From positions 9,627-73,626 of IMG/VR virus record IMGVR_UViG_3300045135_000252: DNA of 64,000 bases. One strand, 5' to 3'. The position numbers were made by a program, and so were the translations under genes. Below, piece after piece: positions 18,720 through 28,095 of this stretch. Under the pieces are notes generated by a model. That model saw only the letters and a program-made list of their open reading frames with translations. It made no database searches and was not told where the DNA came from. Each line of letters starts with the position of its first letter. Position 1 is the first letter of the stretch. The DNA is from a virus.

Positions 18720-20972
18720 ATGCTATCCATTACGGCTCCTGAAGAAATCGCCAAGAAGTACGGTGGTAACAAAAGAAAGATTCAACAAGCTGCGGCACAG
18801 GGCTTAATTGACCCTACATCTGCTGTATTAGCAGGTATGTTCGTTGATCGTATGCGTAACGCAGCAGCTAAAGAGCAAGCTGAGCAGCCTACAGTTGCTG
18901 AACAGGTCATGAACCCACAGCCTCAAGTGGCTCAACAGGGTATGGCGGCTACGCCACAGGCACAACAAATGCCTCAACAAGCCCAGATGGGTGCGCCTCA
19001 GGCGGCTATGCCACAGATGGCTATGGGCGGCGGTTTAGATTCTATTGACTATGTAGAAGGCGATTACGCTGCGGGCGGCATTGTTAGTTTCGCTGCCGGT
19101 GATCCAGTGCGTATGGGCATCACAGACGATCAGCTCCGTAATATGTCACGTGCTCAGTTGCGTGCAGTTGCCTCAAACGGGCAGATCCCACCGAATATTC
19201 GTAATGCTGCAGCAGCTCGTTTGCAATCTATTACACCAGCTCAAGGTCAGCAGCCAACAGTAGGCGGCTTAGCCTCTACAGATTTAATGCGTGTACCTAA
19301 TGTATCAGGTGCAATGGACCGTGTAGGTCAGGCAATCATGGGTACAGGTACCGTAGACCGTAATATCGAAGTGTCTGATACAGGAATCCCAGCGGGGCAG
19401 TTCCGTAGTATTACTACTGGTAAAACGCCATCAGAACGTATGATGGGTGATGGCTCTAGCCTCGATGTAGGTATGGAGAACTTCACAGACGGTACACCTA
19501 TCAAGCGCGAGGGCCTTCTCGGTGCAGTAGATGAAGGCATGAGTATGTTCAATCAGTTGAAGAACGCCCCTGAGCGCGTAGATCCTGCTGAACAAGCTCG
19601 TCGTGACCGTGTAGCTCTTGCTATGCAAACACGTGGTGAAGGCCAGAACGTATTCCCTGTGGATACCAGCGATCCGTTTGATGTAGGTATGGAAACATTT
19701 GCGGATAGCCAGCAGGTAACTACACCTACTGCACAAAACGCACCGATGCGTAGTCAGCAGATCCCTACATCCTTAGGACCACAGGTTGGTCGTGGCGGAG
19801 ACCCACGTTTGTTTGGCGAAGGTGACGAAAGAAGAGCGGCACTAGCTGCATTGGCGGCACGTAACCCTAATCTTATTGATCCTGCGGACGGCATGAAGCC
19901 TGAGATTCGCCGTATGACACGTGACGAAGTACAAGCCGCTGGGTTACCTCTTATAGATGCTACTCGTTCTAGAGGACAAGAAGTGTCTGATGTAGAGCGT
20001 TTCCTTTCTAACGAAGGATTTAGTGCCGCTCGTCAGGTTGCTGAGCAGACACCGTCTGTAGCAGACAGAATAGAAGAAACCGAACAAGCTGTAACACAGC
20101 CAGCTCCAGAACCGAAAGAAAGCAAGCCAGCAGATACTACTATGGACATTACTGAACAGTTCAAAGTGTTCGACAAAGAGTTGGCTGGCCTTATGGAGAA
20201 GCCAGAGCACGGCAAGTACCGTAAGGAAATGGAGAACCTGCTAGACAACAGAGAACAGCGCCTCAAAGACGCCAAGAAAGAAGGCTTCAGCATGGCGTTG
20301 TTACAAGCTGGTCTTGGTATGCTTGCACAGGGCGGTGGACAAACTGCGTTGCAAGCCCTTGGTAAAGCAGCATTACCTGCTACTAAGCAATACGCAGCGG
20401 CTATCAAAGACGCTAAAGCGGAAGACCGCGAGCTTCTCAAACTTGGCCTCAGCATGGAGCAGATGGACGCTAAAGAGTTGGCGGCTACCAAACGTGCGCT
20501 GGCTCAGATTTATGGAGCGCGTGCTAACACTATGATTAGTCGAGCTACTAGCCTTGATGTTGCTCGCATCGGTGCTGAGTCAAGAGAGAAAGTAGCTGAA
20601 ACCACTGCTGGGCCTCAGCAAGCGATTGCTAATGAGATGAGAGCTGCGCGGCAATTAACAAGTGTCGAAGGTCAGTTAAAAGATATACGTGATGAAAAGA
20701 ACGAAGTTCGTTCAACAATAGCTTTTCCGTATATGAATCGTTTGGAGAAAGCACAAGCTGAGTTAGATGAAGACCCTACTAACAAAGAATTACAAGCAAA
20801 AGTAGCTGATATTAGGGGTCTTATCGAAAAAGAAATAAATGCTGAGTTAGAAAGACGCGGTACTCTTGCCCAGGAGGCTAGGTTGATGCAGCAGCGTAAA
20901 GCATATGCTGGGTTAGCTGGTATAGGTTCAGGTGACGGAAACGTTGTAGACTTTAGTTCTTTAGCACAGTAG
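18720..20972 (+). CDS. Internal virion/ejection protein
   Basis: 750-aa Ala/Gln/Met-rich helical protein between the pilot protein and the giant protein. Confidence 0.6.
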   Translation: MLSITAPEEIAKKYGGNKRKIQQAAAQGLIDPTSAVLAGMFVDRMRNAAAKEQAEQPTVAEQVMNPQPQVAQQGMAATPQAQQMPQQAQMGAPQAAMPQMAMGGGLDSIDYVEGDYAAGGIVSFAAGDPVRMGITDDQLRNMSRAQLRAVASNGQIPPNIRNAAAARLQSITPAQGQQPTVGGLASTDLMRVPNVSGAMDRVGQAIMGTGTVDRNIEVSDTGIPAGQFRSITTGKTPSERMMGDGSSLDVGMENFTDGTPIKREGLLGAVDEGMSMFNQLKNAPERVDPAEQARRDRVALAMQTRGEGQNVFPVDTSDPFDVGMETFADSQQVTTPTAQNAPMRSQQIPTSLGPQVGRGGDPRLFGEGDERRAALAALAARNPNLIDPADGMKPEIRRMTRDEVQAAGLPLIDATRSRGQEVSDVERFLSNEGFSAARQVAEQTPSVADRIEETEQAVTQPAPEPKESKPADTTMDITEQFKVFDKELAGLMEKPEHGKYRKEMENLLDNREQRLKDAKKEGFSMALLQAGLGMLAQGGGQTALQALGKAALPATKQYAAAIKDAKAEDRELLKLGLSMEQMDAKELAATKRALAQIYGARANTMISRATSLDVARIGAESREKVAETTAGPQQAIANEMRAARQLTSVEGQLKDIRDEKNEVRSTIAFPYMNRLEKAQAELDEDPTNKELQAKVADIRGLIEKEINAELERRGTLAQEARLMQQRKAYAGLAGIGSGDGNVVDFSSLAQ

Positions 20973-20979
20973 GTAGTTT

Positions 20980-23900
20980 ATGGCTGATGTACGTTTACCT
21001 AGCGGCAAGATTATTTCAAATGTGCCGGATGGTGTTAGCCAAGCTCAACTAAGAGAGCTAGCTATAGCAAGTGGGCAATTTACTGAAGAAGATTTTGTTG
21101 CACAACAGCCAGCACCTTCCCAAGCAGATCAAGATGCTGAGCTAGCCGCTCTACGGAGCCGTGTATTAGCTAAAGACCCCGGGCTTTTCGACTATCTATA
21201 CGATATCCCTAAAGGTATCGCTCGCGGTGTAGTAGGCGGTGCTGAGTTAGCAGCTCGTGGTATCACCAGCCAAATAGCGGACGAGGCTAGCTTCCTAGAC
21301 CCACTATACGGTATAGAAGAAGGTATTAGCGACGCTGAACGTAAGCAAAGAGCCGCGCAGATGCGGGCTGGTATCGAGCGTAGGGTCGCACCAATAGATG
21401 AATTTTTAGCTGCTGACGCATCAGTGGAAGGTAGCATCCCATCTACATTCGCAGAAGCTGCTGGTTCGATTATTCCCGGTCTTGGTTTAGGCGCTATTCC
21501 TGTTGCTGGATTACCCACCGCTGGCGCTTATTTTTACGCGCAAGGACGAGGCGAGGCCGCGCAACGAGCTAGACAAAGTGGGGCTACAGAAGATCAAATC
21601 GCGCAGTCTGCTGACCTTGGTGGATTGGTAGGTCTTTCTGAAATTATCCCAATTCAACGTATCCTTAAACGATTCCGTAGAGGAGTTGGTGACGACTTTG
21701 CTGATGAGGCGGAAGGGCGTATTAAACGCGCATTGAAAGCCGGTAGAGATGAAGCGATACAGGAAGCGGCTGCTACTGTCGCGCAGAACGCTATTGCTAA
21801 AGGTATATACGACCCAGAGACAGATCTACTAGCTGGTACTCAAGAAGCGCTTGGTTACGGTGCGGGCGTCGGTGGTCTGACGCAGTTCTTGCTAGATATG
21901 TTCGCTAAACGTGTCCAAACTCCCGGACAGCCCGCTCCTACTGAAGGAGTACAGACAGATGAACTTGGACTTGATGACGCAGGAGGAGCTGCAGTTAGCA
22001 CTCCTGCACCTGTCGGGGGAGCTGGAGTTGAGGCAATTACCCCTGATGCTACAGGAGTTGAGCCACGAGGAGTGGATGTACCTACTGGCGCAGTTCCTGA
22101 TGCTGGAGTTGGAGAAGGACCAGTCGGTGATCCATTAGCACTTGCTGCTGAACTAGAAACGGCTACTGAAGCACAGGTAGCAGCACAGCAAGAATACGAC
22201 AACGAGATTGATGAGTTAGTTAATCTTGGCCGTACGGAAGAAGAAGCGGCGTTAGAACTAAATACCGACCCGCTTAAAACCAATCTCGATGCAGCGACTA
22301 CACGTGTAGCTACGTTGCAGCAACAGCTACAGCAAGCACAGGCACAGACATCTGAAGTCGCTAGTTTAGAACAGGCTGCCGCAGAACAAGCGGCGCAACA
22401 GGCTCCAGAGACAGCTCAACCTGTGGGGCGGACGAAGACTGTTACGGAAACTTCAGCGGATGGTGTTACTACTACAAGAACTGAAGAAATACCTGAGACA
22501 ACGGGTTTAGATACTCCGATAAATGACATAGTTGAAGGCAAAGTTGTTCAAAAATCTGCTCGTGAAATACTGGCCGAGCAGCAGCGTGTAAAGCAAGAGC
22601 AAGACAAACGTCGTGAGTTGTTAAGCGACCCTAAAAAACTTGCTGAGTACGCTGAAGATAAGGGCATTTCTGTAGAAGAAATGCAAGCCTTGCTAGAGCA
22701 GAATACGGTCGATAATTTAGCACGGGAGCTAGAGCTAGAAGACGTTGTTAATCGTCCCGAGTTTAGAGAGCTACAAACACAAGAAAAAGAAAAAGCATCT
22801 AAGATTAAGTTTAAAGATACGACTGAAGCAGCACCTGAACCAGATGCAGTTGGTGAGCAGTTACAGCAGAATCTATGGGAAAGCTATAGCAGTGGCCAAG
22901 GTGCACTTGCTAATGACGAGGTGGTTACTACTGCCCGTCAGATCGCCCAAGAAACTGGACAAGAATTTACTGAGACAGAGTTCAAAGACTTTGCTTCTAA
23001 ATATCGTGGTACACAGGCCCGTAAGCGTACAGTTGCTCAAGACTTCACTAAGCGTTTAGACGAACAGCGTCTACAAGATACGCCAAAAGATATTCGTGAT
23101 TCTATTAAGAAAGCACGTGAAATGATGCAGTCCAAAGGCCGACTAGCTGTTGTTGACCGTGATATTGGCGATACTGCTAGAGACATTGGCAGTAACTTAG
23201 GGCCCGAAGCAGAGACGGCTTTCCTCAATGAAGCACAACGCATTGCTGACGATAACCTAAGACGTTACCAAGAAGAGAAAGCAGCGGTAGAAGCACAGGC
23301 TACTCCTGAAGGAGACTTACCTCCACTGCCAGACCTTATGGATACTGAGAACGAGTTCAGTATTCCAGAGCAAGCTGAGTTCCGTGACGACGCACTTGTC
23401 CGCGTAGGGCAAAACAACCGTTACCCTAAAGGCCCATTACTAGAGCCGTTCAATGCGTTCCGTGTGTACGCTTCTAAAAAGAACCGTGCAGAAGACGTTA
23501 TCGAGCTAGTGGCTTTTGATATTGTCGAAGGTTCTACTGAGTACCGCAAGGTAGGTAAAACAGGCGCATTGGCACCGGCTATGCCTAAGCTGAAAGAGCG
23601 CGATGAGCCAGCAGATGCTATTAGCGACCAAGAAAAGCGGTTCTTCAAGGGGCTAGGCCACGCTGATGTTGCAAGGGCTGCAGAGTCGTTCATGCGGGCA
23701 CGTATGTCGCCAGACGCAATAAAGTTATTAGATGAGCGGATTGAGTTCTACAGAGACCGCCAACGTCGTGCTAAAGCTGCGGCTGCTGCACAAGCTAGTG
23801 GTAAGCCTTCTCGTGACCAGAAAATCCAAGCGCGTAAAAAGGCTCTTGCTAAGCAGTTAGAAGCTGAACGTACAGATACAACTGAAGCGGATTTGATGGA

Positions 23901-26900
23901 AGTAGCCACCGAAATCGGTGCATCCGATGCGGACGTACGAGCTGCTGAAGCAGAGCTATTAGATAACTATTTCGATATTGCCGATGCCGAACTAACGCTT
24001 GATGAAGCGCTGTCTGACCTTGGTATTAACCCAGAGCTTAGTGCTAATGCTGTAACAGCTTTGGAGGGCAACGTGCATCCGCAAGTAATCGCTGAACTGC
24101 AAGCAGGTAATCTGAAGTCGGCGTTGCGGTATTTAACCCTTACATCTTCTAACCCAGACGTAGCGCGAGCTGCTCGTGTACTAGCTGACAAGCTAGGCGA
24201 TACACGCATCCGGATGGAAGCTAACCTCCGTAACGAGGCGGGCAAAGAAGTAGCTGGTATGTTCAACCCACGCAGTAATACAGTAAGCATCAACACTGCT
24301 ATGGACATTAAACCGCACACCATCCTGCACGAAGTGACGCATGCTCTGACCATTGCTGGGCTAGCTAACAAGTCCAGTGCTTTCACTAAGCAGCTAAACA
24401 ACATTTACAACGATGTTAAAGGCCGCCTTGGTACCGCATACGGTACGCAGTCTTTGGAAGAGTTCGTAGCTGAAGCCTACAGTAACCCAGAGTTCCGCCG
24501 TGAGTTAGCTGGTCTGACTCCGAAAGGTGAGCAGATTTCTGTATTGCAGAAGTTGAAGAACACCCTACGTAACTTTGTACGTCGTTTGATGGGTAGACCC
24601 GCTGTCACAGAAGGCACGCAGCTCAGTGAGATTGATAACTTAATCGAAGCCATACTAAACCCAGCACCTCCATCGCAAGATGCAGAGCCGTTCTACCTGA
24701 ATAGTCAGCGTGATGGCGTGATGGAAATGCTGAAGCGTATGACTGCTTCACTACGTAGAGCTGGACCGTTAAATAAAGAACGCCGTCAGGAATACGTTGA
24801 TGAAGCACTTGATGCAGTAACGCAAGATGCTCCAGACACTGCGGCCCGCGCTCTATATGGGTTTGGCGATATGCTGTTCGTTGCGGATATGGCTAAGAAG
24901 CTCGGTATGGGCGAGATTGGCGTTAAGATGCAACGTGTCATTGAGTTACAGCGTGGCGAGATCCAAAAGCGTGATGATGAAACAGCGCAAGAAGTTAAAG
25001 AGCTTGCTAACTGGATGGCCAAGTCTGGCGGCAAAGTAGAAGAAGCATTTAATCGTGTTATCTACAGCCCAGAGTACGGCGCTACTATTTTCCAAGTAGA
25101 CCCAACTAAGCCACGCAGTGCTTATGTTGGTAAGTTTGATAACAACGGTAACAGTTTAGAAGAAATCTGGGATGCACAACGTGCTGACTGGGCTATCCTG
25201 CAAGCCGCTGGCGGTGACGTACAATTTAATAAGCTACGTGAGTTCTATAAGAAGCAGCGTGAAGAGCTTATGAACATCATTCAGGGTGTTATGGATGATG
25301 TATTCCCCGGTGGTGACCCAGCATCTAACCGTTTGCGTCAGACTCTATACAACAAGCTGTTAGCAGATGCCTCTGATCTCGATGTGTATTTCCCATTGGA
25401 ACGTCAAGGCTCTTATAAACTGGTCTATAACTTTGTGCCGGGGTCAGAACCAAAAGGTTCACCACCATATGCAGTAGAAATGTTCACTACTTCTCGTGCT
25501 AGAGACAGAGCAAGAGCTGAGTTGATGAACAATCCTGACGTAGACAAGGCAAGTATTGATGTAATAGACGGAGAGTCTTTAACAGCGCACTACAATCGCA
25601 CGCCTCCTAACTCATTTATTAAAGACTTGTTATCAGCTATTGAGAACAACCCAGAGATTAGCAATAACGAGGCGACCAAAGAGCAGGTATTGCAATTATT
25701 TATTGATGCGCTTCCACAGACAGCTTTGGCTAAATCGTTGCGTAGACGTAAAAACGTAGTTGGTTACGCTTCTGATTCTTTATTAGCCCTTAAATCTCGT
25801 GGGTTTGATACAGGCAGACAAATATCTAAGTTGAAGGCTACGGCTCGTTTGCGTCAGCTTGAAGCGGATGCTGTAGGGTTTGCTACTCCATCATTGGCGC
25901 AGATCAATGCTACTAAAGCAACGATGCCAAACGCTACGCCTCGTCAAATAGCAGAAGCATTGAATACAACGGTTGATTACCTGAACAATGTAGATCAGAT
26001 AATTGCACGGGAAGGTATTTGGAAACGTCTGATCCGTCCATTTAGAGGTGAACGTACTCAGGCTCAAATCGAAGCTGATATTCAAAGATACTTGATTGAT
26101 CCTATTCGCCGTACTAAGGACGAGTTGGTTATGCGTGCAGAGTTTGCACGTATGGGTGCCCGCCACAAGAGTATTGAGAAAGCTGTGCGTTTCGCTAACC
26201 AGTTAGCGTTTATGGCGACAATCGGCTTCAACCCTTCATCTGCTGCAGTTAACTTGTCGCAGATACCGTTGTTTGTGTACCCATACCTTGGTGCTGATTA
26301 TGGCTACGGTAAGACAGGCACGGCTTTCAAACGCGCTCACGCACTTCTGGGTGCGTATAAGAACGACATTGAGCGTTACTACAACGTGGATGAGAACGGC
26401 AACTACACTGTAATTGACTCGCCAGATATGTCGCCAGCCAAGCGCAAGGTACTTGAAGATTTGGCTCCTATGGTAGAAGAAGCATCTGCACGGGGGCTAT
26501 TGAACAGATCATACTTGCTTGACGCACTCGGATTGGAAGAAAGCGGACGCAGCGCAAACGTGATTGATAAGGCTACTACGTTAAGTGCTGTGATGTTCAA
26601 CCACGCGGAACGCTACAACCGTCAGGTTACGTTGCTGGCTACGTACCAGCTAGAGTTAGATCGACTGCAAAAAGAGAATGCTCAGCGCGAAGGTAAAGCG
26701 AAGCTAGCTGACGTAACTATTCGGAATCGTGCTATCAAACAAGCCATTATGCTTACACAGCGCACCAACGGTGGTTCTGTACTTGAGACTGGTCCACGCT
26801 ACGCACAGCAAAATATTGGACGTATAGCGTTGATGTATAAAGCATACGGTCTGCGTATGTACAACTCGATGTTGGACTCAGCAAAAGAATTAGCGGAGAA

Positions 26901-27795
26901 CTTCTTCCCCGGTAATGATCCAGAAGCTAAGCGGATACGTAACAAAGCGTTCCTGCAGATGGTGGGCATCCACGGTTCAGCGCTGTTCTTTGCTGGTATC
27001 CACGGTATCCCGCTGTACGGCGCGGCGCAGTTGTTAGCTGACCTATTCTTCTTAGGCGACGATGAAGATGATTTCAACACGTTGATACGTAAACAGGTTG
27101 GTGAAACGTGGTACAAGGGCTTAGTCAATGAAATGACTGGGGTAGATATTGCTAGCCGTGTGCGTTTGACAGGCTTACTGCTACAAGAGAATAGGTATAA
27201 CACAGACCCTTCTGTTGAAGAGTTTTTTGGTCAGTACCTAGGTGGTCCAGCACTAAGTGTTGCTAAGAAGATGATACGTGGCGTGCAAGATTTACATGAA
27301 GGTGATGTACAGCGTGGTGTAGAGAACTTATTGCCATCCGCCGTAGCAAATGCGTATAAGTCAGCCTTTGGGCGCTACCAAGAACAAGGTGGTATATACA
27401 CCCGTCGTGGCGATCCTATCTACTCTGATATGACTGGCGGAGAACTCATAGCACAGGCACTTGGCTTCGCTCCTGCTGAGTATACGTTTAAACAAGAGCG
27501 TAACTTGCGTAATAAGCGGGTTGAGAAAGCTATCCTGACTGAACGTACCAAGCTAACTCGTAAGTATTACGTGGCGTTGCGGCTAGGGGACATCGACAAA
27601 ATACAAAGAGCGCGTCAGGAAATCTTAGATTTCAATGCTAAGCACAGAGATCCGGACATCATTATTGATGCGGAAGATATTAAGAAGTCTATTCAGCGTC
27701 ATAGAGAAACATCTCAGCGGATGTACGACGGTGTGACTATTAACCCTGCATTACGCAGAGCAATCGAACTAAGTAATCAGGAATACAACTACTAA
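20980..27795 (+). CDS. Giant internal (ejected) polyvalent protein with zincin-like HExxH domain
   Basis: 2271 aa; GMFNP...ILHEVTHA...EEFVAEAYSNPEF metallopeptidase-like segment; helical C-terminal region resembling large-polyvalent-protein domains. Confidence 0.75.
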   Translation: MADVRLPSGKIISNVPDGVSQAQLRELAIASGQFTEEDFVAQQPAPSQADQDAELAALRSRVLAKDPGLFDYLYDIPKGIARGVVGGAELAARGITSQIADEASFLDPLYGIEEGISDAERKQRAAQMRAGIERRVAPIDEFLAADASVEGSIPSTFAEAAGSIIPGLGLGAIPVAGLPTAGAYFYAQGRGEAAQRARQSGATEDQIAQSADLGGLVGLSEIIPIQRILKRFRRGVGDDFADEAEGRIKRALKAGRDEAIQEAAATVAQNAIAKGIYDPETDLLAGTQEALGYGAGVGGLTQFLLDMFAKRVQTPGQPAPTEGVQTDELGLDDAGGAAVSTPAPVGGAGVEAITPDATGVEPRGVDVPTGAVPDAGVGEGPVGDPLALAAELETATEAQVAAQQEYDNEIDELVNLGRTEEEAALELNTDPLKTNLDAATTRVATLQQQLQQAQAQTSEVASLEQAAAEQAAQQAPETAQPVGRTKTVTETSADGVTTTRTEEIPETTGLDTPINDIVEGKVVQKSAREILAEQQRVKQEQDKRRELLSDPKKLAEYAEDKGISVEEMQALLEQNTVDNLARELELEDVVNRPEFRELQTQEKEKASKIKFKDTTEAAPEPDAVGEQLQQNLWESYSSGQGALANDEVVTTARQIAQETGQEFTETEFKDFASKYRGTQARKRTVAQDFTKRLDEQRLQDTPKDIRDSIKKAREMMQSKGRLAVVDRDIGDTARDIGSNLGPEAETAFLNEAQRIADDNLRRYQEEKAAVEAQATPEGDLPPLPDLMDTENEFSIPEQAEFRDDALVRVGQNNRYPKGPLLEPFNAFRVYASKKNRAEDVIELVAFDIVEGSTEYRKVGKTGALAPAMPKLKERDEPADAISDQEKRFFKGLGHADVARAAESFMRARMSPDAIKLLDERIEFYRDRQRRAKAAAAAQASGKPSRDQKIQARKKALAKQLEAERTDTTEADLMEVATEIGASDADVRAAEAELLDNYFDIADAELTLDEALSDLGINPELSANAVTALEGNVHPQVIAELQAGNLKSALRYLTLTSSNPDVARAARVLADKLGDTRIRMEANLRNEAGKEVAGMFNPRSNTVSINTAMDIKPHTILHEVTHALTIAGLANKSSAFTKQLNNIYNDVKGRLGTAYGTQSLEEFVAEAYSNPEFRRELAGLTPKGEQISVLQKLKNTLRNFVRRLMGRPAVTEGTQLSEIDNLIEAILNPAPPSQDAEPFYLNSQRDGVMEMLKRMTASLRRAGPLNKERRQEYVDEALDAVTQDAPDTAARALYGFGDMLFVADMAKKLGMGEIGVKMQRVIELQRGEIQKRDDETAQEVKELANWMAKSGGKVEEAFNRVIYSPEYGATIFQVDPTKPRSAYVGKFDNNGNSLEEIWDAQRADWAILQAAGGDVQFNKLREFYKKQREELMNIIQGVMDDVFPGGDPASNRLRQTLYNKLLADASDLDVYFPLERQGSYKLVYNFVPGSEPKGSPPYAVEMFTTSRARDRARAELMNNPDVDKASIDVIDGESLTAHYNRTPPNSFIKDLLSAIENNPEISNNEATKEQVLQLFIDALPQTALAKSLRRRKNVVGYASDSLLALKSRGFDTGRQISKLKATARLRQLEADAVGFATPSLAQINATKATMPNATPRQIAEALNTTVDYLNNVDQIIAREGIWKRLIRPFRGERTQAQIEADIQRYLIDPIRRTKDELVMRAEFARMGARHKSIEKAVRFANQLAFMATIGFNPSSAAVNLSQIPLFVYPYLGADYGYGKTGTAFKRAHALLGAYKNDIERYYNVDENGNYTVIDSPDMSPAKRKVLEDLAPMVEEASARGLLNRSYLLDALGLEESGRSANVIDKATTLSAVMFNHAERYNRQVTLLATYQLELDRLQKENAQREGKAKLADVTIRNRAIKQAIMLTQRTNGGSVLETGPRYAQQNIGRIALMYKAYGLRMYNSMLDSAKELAENFFPGNDPEAKRIRNKAFLQMVGIHGSALFFAGIHGIPLYGAAQLLADLFFLGDDEDDFNTLIRKQVGETWYKGLVNEMTGVDIASRVRLTGLLLQENRYNTDPSVEEFFGQYLGGPALSVAKKMIRGVQDLHEGDVQRGVENLLPSAVANAYKSAFGRYQEQGGIYTRRGDPIYSDMTGGELIAQALGFAPAEYTFKQERNLRNKRVEKAILTERTKLTRKYYVALRLGDIDKIQRARQEILDFNAKHRDPDIIIDAEDIKKSIQRHRETSQRMYDGVTINPALRRAIELSNQEYNY

Positions 27796-27818
27796 AAAAG
27801 ACCCCGCACGAGGCGGGG
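27794..27818 (-). terminator. Rho-independent terminator at the convergence of the two transcription blocks
   Basis: The minus strand reads CCCCGC-CTCGT-GCGGGG-TCTTTTTT. Confidence 0.8.
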
Positions 27819-27886
27819 CACAGCATAGGGAGTCAACCCTTAGAGGTAACCACGAAAACAATTTGCAAAGTCGCAACTCATTTCGT
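27794..27886 (-). ncRNA. Candidate ~90-nt sRNA antisense to early-gene ribosome-binding sites
   Basis: 5' hairpin ACGAAA...TTTCGT, then GGTTACCTCTAAGGGTTGACTCCCTA, then a terminator, with an upstream promoter-like motif. Complementary to multiple RBS regions (see findings). Confidence 0.55.
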
Positions 27887-27892
27887 AGGTAA

Positions 27893-27922
27893 ACTGTATC
27901 CTAAAGTCGCCATACCCGTAAA
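27893..27922 (-). promoter_or_regulatory. Putative sigma70 promoter for the sRNA
   Basis: TTTACG-18 nt-TACAGT; the predicted +1 (~27886) coincides with the first base of the 5' hairpin. Confidence 0.45.
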
Positions 27923-28095
27923 CCCCTAACTCCTTCTTCGATAACGACTTTTGTCAAAATCTTGTATTTAAGCCTGTCAGTCACCGCTTTGATCTCATCT
28001 CGTGCTGACTTTGGGTCCAAGCAGGGTATGAAAAATGAGTAACCCCGCTTGAACTTTTTCCAGTTAATCTCGTAACTGACCTTCTCCACCTGCAT
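27901..28095 (-). CDS. Small conserved phage protein downstream of the primase
   Basis: INWKKF..G.SFFIPCLD...GLRVWR pattern. Confidence 0.7.
   Translation of the reverse strand: MQVEKVSYEINWKKFKRGYSFFIPCLDPKSARDEIKAVTDRLKYKILTKVVIEEGVRGLRVWRL

Noticed and set aside
27860-27892. Plus-strand mini-ORF using the SD-like motifs at 27829-27850
   Set aside because: There is no ATG, only a poorly spaced TTG giving 9 codons. Terminator and promoter polarity favour a minus-strand RNA.
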